A DNA stretch of 32,000 nucleotides from Synechocystis sp. PCC 6803 substr. PCC-P (lineage in GTDB: Bacteria > Cyanobacteriota > Cyanobacteriia > Cyanobacteriales > Microcystaceae). Positions 26,059 to 32,000 of this stretch are shown in pieces. Both the position numbers and the translations under genes were made by a program. The stretch is from the NCBI RefSeq assembly GCF_000284455.1, contig NC_017039.1, forward strand, positions 3,150,001 to 3,182,000, in the 5' to 3' direction. Numbering within the stretch: position 1 is the first letter of the stretch; each line of letters begins with the position of its first letter. The notes beneath the pieces were generated by a model. That model worked only from the letters and a program-made list of their open reading frames with translations. It had not been told where the DNA came from and searched no databases.

Positions 26059-27963
26059 TTAAGGAAGAATTAGGGACAACCAACTGGACCAAAACTGCCT
26101 GATCGCCATCCATTGACCGCTGAGGGAAAACCAGATCAGCAGGGCTACCCCCACCAAGATGGTGAGCAGATAAAATTGTGACTGCCCGGTGACATTATAT
26201 TTGAGGGCACTGCCGCTGAAAATAGTTACCAAACTGACTAGGTTGACTATGCCGTCGATGACGTAACGATCAAACCAAGTGCTGATTTTGGCGATCGCCG
26301 CCACCGCTGCCACTACCGTAGCGCCATAAATTTTATCCAAATAAACATCGTAGGCGAACAAATCCTGCAGGAAACGCACCGGCAGTCGACTTGAGCGAGA
26401 GAGATTCCGTCGTAAAGGCATAAGACTACCCAACAAAATTCCTGTAATTCCCGCCACCATCAGGAGAGGCATGGCCCATTGGGTAACGGGGGAAGTTAAA
26501 CCGAGGGGATAGGTGGCTGATAACCAAAAAGACCACTGCAAGGGGGCAATGGGCACCAGCAGAGTCACAATGATCAAACTCACCATGGGCACCGCCATGG
26601 GCCAGGGTACTTCCGGGGCCCGGCGGGTTTTGGGCTGGGGTTTACCCAGAAATACTAAACGAAACACCCTGGTTAAATTGAGGGCAGAAAAGAGGTTAAC
26701 AAAGATCAATAAAGCCAATAGGGGCCAGCTTACCAACCAGTCTCCACTAAACCATTTTTGCCAAGTCCAAAACATGCCTAGGGGAAAAACCGCCAACAAT
26801 CCCGCAGAACCCACCACAAAGGAAGTTGTGGTCACGGGCATACGATTCCATAATCCCCCCATTTCAGTGATATTTTGACCGCTGGTGGTGAAAATAATCG
26901 AACCAATGCTCATAAATAACAAAGCTTTGGCGATCGCATGGGCGAAGAGCAACAGAAAGGCAATGTCTACCTGCCCTAAACCCACCGCAATAAATACCAA
27001 TCCCAGGTAAACGCTGGTCGAATGGGAAAGGGTACGCTTAATGTCAATCTGGGCAATGGCAATCAACGACGTCATCACCACCGTCAATGTCCCCAGTACA
27101 ATCAAGGTCTTGGAGGCGATCGGGGAGAGGGTAAACACCGGCTGTAACTTAATCAACACATAGGCACCGGCTGACACCACCACCGAATTACGCATAATGC
27201 CCGCCGGATTCGGGCCCTCCATGGCTTCGTCCAACCAAAGATTGAGGGGAAATTGAGCGCATTTGCCGGTGGGGCCAGCAATTAGAGATAGTCCCAACAA
27301 AGTAGCGGTGATGCCGGTCACTGGCACCGTACTAGCCCAGTTGTCCAACTGGGAAAAAGTTAAACCCTGACCATAGCTAGAGAGGGCCACTACCCCCATG
27401 AGGAGAATAATATCCCCCACCCTTTTGGTTAAAAAAGCATCCCGGGCGGCGGTAACCACCAGGGGCTGGGCATACCAAAAACCCACCAAAAGATAGGTGG
27501 AAAGGGTTAGCATTTCCAACAGGCCATAGCTTAAAAATAGGGAATCACTCAGGGCAATGCCCCCCAGGGCCGCTTCGAAAAATCCCAGTAGTCCATAGAA
27601 CCGAGCTAAGGACCAGTCCTTCTCCATGTAGCCCAGACCAAAAATCTGGACTAAAAAACTGATGCCAGTCACCACCGATAGGGCCCCCAAACTAACCGGG
27701 GAAATCTCCACCGCCAAGGTGAGGTCTAAATCCGCCACCTGGAGCCAATGGAAAACAATTTGCTCACTCGGTGTTTGCCAAATGGCTGAGAGGGCAACCA
27801 TGCCATGGATGGCAGAAACCAAAGTCATGAAAACATTGAAGTAGGCCGCCGGTCTAGGGCCCGTTTGTTTAATCAGGCGAAATGACCAAGGCAGGCTAAG
27901 GATCGACCCAATCAGACCATAAAAAGGAATAAACCAACTACTTTGTAAAAGAAAATCGGACAT
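26059..27963 (-). CDS. ndhF4: NDH-1 subunit F4 (NuoL/ND5 family), CO2-uptake NDH-1MS' complex
   Basis: 634 aa, polytopic, NuoL-like N-terminus (SSWFIPFYGLIGSILSLPW). It lies upstream of and is co-oriented with the ndhD-type gene. Confidence 0.8.
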   Translation of the reverse strand: MSDFLLQSSWFIPFYGLIGSILSLPWSFRLIKQTGPRPAAYFNVFMTLVSAIHGMVALSAIWQTPSEQIVFHWLQVADLDLTLAVEISPVSLGALSVVTGISFLVQIFGLGYMEKDWSLARFYGLLGFFEAALGGIALSDSLFLSYGLLEMLTLSTYLLVGFWYAQPLVVTAARDAFLTKRVGDIILLMGVVALSSYGQGLTFSQLDNWASTVPVTGITATLLGLSLIAGPTGKCAQFPLNLWLDEAMEGPNPAGIMRNSVVVSAGAYVLIKLQPVFTLSPIASKTLIVLGTLTVVMTSLIAIAQIDIKRTLSHSTSVYLGLVFIAVGLGQVDIAFLLLFAHAIAKALLFMSIGSIIFTTSGQNITEMGGLWNRMPVTTTSFVVGSAGLLAVFPLGMFWTWQKWFSGDWLVSWPLLALLIFVNLFSALNLTRVFRLVFLGKPQPKTRRAPEVPWPMAVPMVSLIIVTLLVPIAPLQWSFWLSATYPLGLTSPVTQWAMPLLMVAGITGILLGSLMPLRRNLSRSSRLPVRFLQDLFAYDVYLDKIYGATVVAAVAAIAKISTWFDRYVIDGIVNLVSLVTIFSGSALKYNVTGQSQFYLLTILVGVALLIWFSLSGQWMAIRQFWSSWLSLILP

Positions 27964-28207
27964 TGAGCTTGGGATTGCGAGGAATTTTCGCCTAGGGTTC
28001 GCAGAAAATAGGCAATTTGTGATCAGATTTTACGCTATCGCTGCCTCAATTCTGACTTTGGCGATCGCCGTTGTCGGTCTGGGGGAGGTTTTATTACCCC
28101 CGTTTAACTCTATAGGTAAACCCCGGCTTTGTGGATTGCCAAAGTTGATTGGGAGGCCCATTTTGACCCCCATTGCGGTTTTTCCAGACCCCAAGGAGCA
28201 ACAATGT

Positions 28208-29242
28208 CTAGGCCTCCGGTGGAGGTGTTTTCCCCTTAGTTTTAGTCTTAGTAGTTTTGGTGGCCTTGGGCGTTTTCGTAGTTTTGGTCTTACCCGTGGA
28301 AGTCGTTGTTTTTGCTTTCGACTCCACTGGTAATTCCGGCTCTAGGGATGGCTCCGATTCAACTACCGCTTCTGTTGATCCATTGCTTGGTTCTTCTGTC
28401 AAAGAGGTCGCCCCAGAAGACAGTTGGCGATCGCCGTTGTCAGTATCAAGACCATCAAGCTTCTCTGCCAGCAATGGCTCAGTCTGTCCCTGGTCCAGAT
28501 CTAGGTTTTCTGGAGACTCTAGGGCATTCTCTTGCTTCTCCCCCTTATGGCCATACTCAGGCTTTTTCTCAGAACTATCGGGGTTAAAGGGAGTCTTTTT
28601 AACCCGACGGGGGGTTTGTTCAACCGGCTCGGCAATCTGTTCCACAAAACCAAAACAATTGCGTTGGGGAATCAAGCGAGCCAAAATCTGATAAAACTTC
28701 GGCCGCTCCTCCGAATCCTTGCGAAAACGGTAGGGGGGTTGATCGCTCCAAATTAAGGGCAAATGCTGATTGTTGGGGCGATTTTCATAGCTTTTCAGCT
28801 CATTGCGATAGACACTAAAAACAGGCCGGCGACATTGGGGAATAAATTGCCACACTCCCCGCAAAACAAAAATACCAGGATCGCTTTTCTCATGCTGTTC
28901 TGTGCCCATCCAGACCACTTTAAAGCTTAACCCTTCTCCTTTGGACTGGGGATAGCACTTGATCCAGGCTAACTTTCCTTCCAACGCCGCCGCCACCGCA
29001 ATGGCTCGCCTAGGCAAATATAAGGTAAAATTGGCATCCCGAATCTGTACGTAATATCGTTCTTCCCCTTTTTTTACCACCCCCCGCAACCAACCGATCG
29101 CCTGATAATAGTTTTTGGCAGTGGTATCTAGGGTAGTGTTAGCTGGGGCTTCGGGAATTAGATCATCTGCCGCGGCCACATTGGTTTCTAAAAGGTCAGT
29201 CTCGGGGGTCTTTTTGGGCGGCTTCGGGGGGGTGGGTTGCAT
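28208..29242 (-). CDS. Hypothetical protein with Pro/Lys N-terminus, unrecognised central domain, acidic linker and Lys/Thr-rich basic C-terminal tail
   Basis: Start taken at ATG 29240-29242 (MQPTPPKPPKK...), giving 344 aa. The ORF-track version (396 aa) extends to a TTG at 29398. I recognise no family. Confidence 0.55.
   Translation of the reverse strand: MQPTPPKPPKKTPETDLLETNVAAADDLIPEAPANTTLDTTAKNYYQAIGWLRGVVKKGEERYYVQIRDANFTLYLPRRAIAVAAALEGKLAWIKCYPQSKGEGLSFKVVWMGTEQHEKSDPGIFVLRGVWQFIPQCRRPVFSVYRNELKSYENRPNNQHLPLIWSDQPPYRFRKDSEERPKFYQILARLIPQRNCFGFVEQIAEPVEQTPRRVKKTPFNPDSSEKKPEYGHKGEKQENALESPENLDLDQGQTEPLLAEKLDGLDTDNGDRQLSSGATSLTEEPSNGSTEAVVESEPSLEPELPVESKAKTTTSTGKTKTTKTPKATKTTKTKTKGKTPPPEA
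28211..28318 (-). repeat. Lys/Thr-rich low-complexity coding tract (KAKTTTSTGKTKTTKTPKATKTTKTKTKGKTPPPEA)
   Basis: Read from the translation. At DNA level GTAGTTTTGGT is repeated 30 nt apart on the + strand (about 28248 and 28278). Confidence 0.85.
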
Positions 29243-29535
29243 AGTATTAACAATCTTGGACGCTCGGTAAACACTGAATCCAGTGTCTGAATTAGTATGA
29301 GTGACAATTACCTCCAAGGCAAGGGGAGGAGAAATGACAAAGCCAAGCAAAAATGCCCTTGTCACCAGAAAAACTAAAGGGTTCCGGCCACACGGCAAGA
29401 ACCCCTAGGTTGAACTAATTTAACTAACAATGAGAACAGGATTTAGCCCGATTTCCCACCAGAAATACGGGTAGCTCAAAAAAGTTTCACTAACCGAATC
29501 AAACTGGTGGAACGACGGCGAACAAAAACTAAGCC

Positions 29536-29841
29536 CTAGTAGCGGCTACCACCATAGCTTTTACGACCGCCACCAAAGGAACCACCGCCACTGCGATTTT
29601 CCCGGGGCTTGGCTTTGTTAACTTTAAGGTCACGACCCATCCATTCTGCACCGTCTAGGGCTTCAATGGCAGCCGTTTCTTCGGCGTCAGCTTCTAGCTC
29701 GACAAAACCGAAGCCCCGCATGCGACCAGTTTCCCGGTCGGTGGGGAGCTGAACCCGCTTTACGGAACCGTATTCAGCAAAAACCGCGGTTAAATCGGCT
29801 TCTGAAACGTCATAGGACAGGTTGCCTACATAAATTGACAT
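29536..29841 (-). CDS. rbpA: Glycine-rich RRM-type RNA-binding protein
   Basis: 101 aa from ATG 29839-29841 with RNP2 (IYVGNL), RNP1 (RGFGFVEL) and a Gly-rich tail (SGGGSFGGGRKSYGGSRY). The ORF-track N-terminal extension (35 aa) is not RRM-like. Confidence 0.9.
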   Translation of the reverse strand: MSIYVGNLSYDVSEADLTAVFAEYGSVKRVQLPTDRETGRMRGFGFVELEADAEETAAIEALDGAEWMGRDLKVNKAKPRENRSGGGSFGGGRKSYGGSRY

Positions 29842-30142
29842 GGATTTTCTCCAAAAACTGAGGGATATGTAGAGGGTGATTTCGGAGAAATGCCTGTCAA
29901 TGGAAAAACGCGAAAAACCGTTAATACTAGAAACAAATGCTACCAACCGATCATTACTCTATGGGGGCATAGTAACACGTTCTCCCCTCGGCTGGGGATA
30001 TTAGGTCTTGAATTCCTGATATGGAACCACGAAAGTTCCTCCCCCAGAGTAACCAGAAAAGAATGGTACCATTGCTTAGACGGCTCGTGCCTATAGCTTA
30101 TACCAACCTTTACCTAACTCAAATTTTCGAGCTTAGCTTTCC

Positions 30143-30835
30143 ATGACCAACGCCGCCCTAGACGATAAAACCATCGTTCGTGACTATTTTAATTCCACCG
30201 GCTTTGACCGTTGGCGCCGGATCTATGGTGACGGCCAAGTCAATTTCGTGCAAAAAGACATCCGGGTGGGGCATCAACAAACCGTTGACTCGGTGGTGGC
30301 CTGGTTAGTGGCGGACGGAAATTTACCTGGCTTGTTAGTCTGTGATGCGGGATGTGGGGTAGGTAGTTTGAGCATTCCCCTGGCCCAAGCGGGGGCATTG
30401 GTCTATGGCAGTGATATTTCCGAAAAAATGGTGGGGGAAGCCCAACAAAAGGCCCAGGAAGTTTTGGCCTATGGCAATCAGCCCACGTTTATGACCCAGG
30501 ATTTAGCCCAGTTGGGGGGTAAATATGACACAGTTATTTGTCTGGATGTGTTGATTCACTATCCAACGGAGGAGGCGTCAGCGATGATTAGCCACTTGGC
30601 TTCCCTGGCTGATCGCCGTTTAATTTTGAGCTTTGCCCCCAAAACCCTGGGCTTGACGGTGTTGAAAAAAATTGGGGGACTGTTTCCCGGTCCCAGTAAG
30701 ACCACCAGGGCCTATCAACATAAAGAAGCAGACATTCGCAAAATTTTGGGAGATAACGGCTTTTCCATTGCCCGTACCGGCATGACCAGTACCCGTTTCT
30801 ACTATTCCCGTATTTTAGAGGCGGTGCGCTCTTAA
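30143..30835 (+). CDS. chlM: Mg-protoporphyrin IX methyltransferase
   Basis: 230 aa with YFNSTGFDRWRRIYG and the SAM-binding motif VCDAGCGVGSL. Length and sequence match my memory of ChlM. Confidence 0.9.
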   Translation: MTNAALDDKTIVRDYFNSTGFDRWRRIYGDGQVNFVQKDIRVGHQQTVDSVVAWLVADGNLPGLLVCDAGCGVGSLSIPLAQAGALVYGSDISEKMVGEAQQKAQEVLAYGNQPTFMTQDLAQLGGKYDTVICLDVLIHYPTEEASAMISHLASLADRRLILSFAPKTLGLTVLKKIGGLFPGPSKTTRAYQHKEADIRKILGDNGFSIARTGMTSTRFYYSRILEAVRS

Positions 30836-30841
30836 GTTCCC

Positions 30842-31624
30842 ATGGCCATTACCCCCACCCAATTGTTGGATTGGAAGCGTCAACAACGGCCTATTGTGGC
30901 CCTTACTGCCTGGGATACGGCGATCGCCTCGGTGTTGGATGCGGCGGGAGTGGAAATTATTCTGGTGGGGGATTCCCTCGGAATGGTGGCTTTGGGCTAC
31001 GAAACTACCCTACCGGTGAGCTTGGACACCATGATTCACCACACAGCGGCAGTTAAAAGGGGAGTACAAAGAGCCTTGGTGGTCTGTGACCTGCCCTTTT
31101 TGACCTATCAGGAAAGTCCAGCCCAGGCCATGGGGTCAGCGGGAAGGGTTTTGCAGGAAACCGGTGCCCAGGCAGTGAAATTAGAAGGGGGTCACCCCCG
31201 CATGGTGGAAACCGTAGCTCGACTAACGGAGGTGGGCATTCCGGTGATGGGTCATGTGGGCTTAACGCCCCAATCAGTCCATCAGTTGGGTTATCGGCAA
31301 CAGGGCCAGGACCCGGCCACAGCGGAGAAAATTCTTCATCAGGCGATCGCCTTGGCAGAGGCGGGAGTGTTTGCCATTGTTTTAGAACATATTCCTAGCG
31401 AACTAGCGGCTAGTATCACTGAGCAGTTGCCCATTCCCACCATTGGCATTGGGGCAGGGCCCCAGTGTGACGGCCAGGTTTTGGTGACGGCGGATTTACT
31501 CGGTTTGACAGTCAAACAACCGCCCTTTGCTCCGGCCTATCTGAATTTACGACATACCATTACGGAAACAGTGCATAAATTCAGTGGAGAAGTGCGACAA
31601 AGACAATTTCCCCGGCGGGGTTAG
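30842..31624 (+). CDS. panB: 3-methyl-2-oxobutanoate hydroxymethyltransferase
   Basis: 260 aa with [21 protein letters not shown] and GHVGLTPQS, all typical PanB motifs. Confidence 0.9.
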
Positions 31625-31700
31625 GGAACAAACTAAAACTTTGCCAACAGGCTGCCCAGGCTCCAGCAATGACCATAACCGATTGACTGCCGAAAAATCT

Positions 31701-32000
31701 ATGACCAAAACTGCTGTTGTTTTACTATCCGGAGGGTTAGATTCCGCCACCGTAGCGGCGATCGCCAAAAGGGAAGGGTACCGAGTTATTGCCCTTTCCT
31801 TTAACTACGGTCAACGCCATGACCGGGAATTGCGAGCGGCGGCAGACATCGTCCAAGCTCTGGGGATCCCAGAACATTTCAGCATCAACCTAGACCTGGC
31901 CCAGTGGGGAGGCTCTTCCCTGACCGATCGCCAACAAACCTTGCCCCAGACAGGGGTAGAACCAGATATTATTCCTTCCACCTATGTGCCGGGGCGTAAC
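31701..32000 (+). CDS. queC: 7-cyano-7-deazaguanine synthase, 5' fragment (continues past the window end)
   Basis: ATG at 31701, open in frame to 32000 (100 codons). [27 protein letters not shown] is the PP-loop (SGGxDS) N-terminus of QueC/ExsB. It is absent from the ORF track because no stop falls in the window. Confidence 0.85.

Noticed and set aside
28019-28333. 104-aa + strand ORF (GTG start) with a hydrophobic N-terminus in the ndhF4 upstream region
   Set aside because: Its 3' third is antisense to the K/T-tail repeat and gives a Ser/Phe/Arg-rich nonsense-like sequence. It has no SD. It is probably spurious, although a short membrane peptide cannot be excluded without Ribo-seq.
29243-29398. 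52-codon TTG-initiated extension of the K/T-tail protein
   Set aside because: It uses a TTG start with no convincing SD. I prefer ATG 29242 but with low certainty. The extension is hydrophobic and could be a membrane anchor if real.
29842-29946. 35-codon N-terminal extension of the rbpA ORF
   Set aside because: RRM proteins of this class begin at MSIYVGNL (RNP2 at the extreme N-terminus). The extension has no homology-like features.
1-32000. Search for mobile elements, CRISPR arrays, toxin-antitoxin pairs or defence-island hallmarks
   Set aside because: I saw no transposase, integrase or recombinase ORFs, no terminal inverted repeats, no regularly spaced direct repeats, and no small adjacent overlapping gene pairs. 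The window reads as core metabolic and physiological genome.

Overview
This window looks like ordinary cyanobacterial chromosome, almost certainly Synechocystis sp. PCC 6803 or a very close relative. Two things support that: 26 perfect HIP1 octamers (GCGATCGC) by my hand scan, and a gene order I recognise from memory. Coding density is high on both strands. I found no rRNA, tRNA, CRISPR array, transposase, integrase or phage gene.

Left to right, the window holds:
- the 3' part of the phototaxis tax1/pix cluster (pixG-pixH-pixI, minus strand)
- an M61 peptidase with a PDZ domain
- ilvE and gatC
- cbiX, with a His-rich tail
- a fusion of a methylglyoxal-synthase domain and a DAG-kinase-like domain
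- a class I aminotransferase (aspC)
- a VanY-type carboxypeptidase
- crtH
- an LdpA-like Fe-S protein
- two conserved hypotheticals, one of them a stand-alone DRTGG / phosphotransacetylase N-terminal protein
- cmpR, divergent from the bicarbonate transporter operon cmpA-cmpB-(porin)-cmpC-cmpD
- ndhF4-ndhD4 (CO2-uptake NDH-1 subunits), convergent with the cmp operon
- a hypothetical protein with a Lys/Thr-rich tail
- rbpA, chlM, panB and the 5' end of queC

I did not find a convincing new multi-gene system such as a defence island. The observations most worth a second look are:
- the MGS/DAG-kinase fusion
- the porin inside the cmp operon, bracketed by hairpins
- a 452-bp gene-free divergent region
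- very AT-rich, repeat-bearing spacers between genes of the same operon
- the K/T-tailed protein
- the structured 283-bp zone between the convergent cmpD and ndhD4

Gene names rest on motifs visible in the translations plus remembered synteny. No database search was possible.
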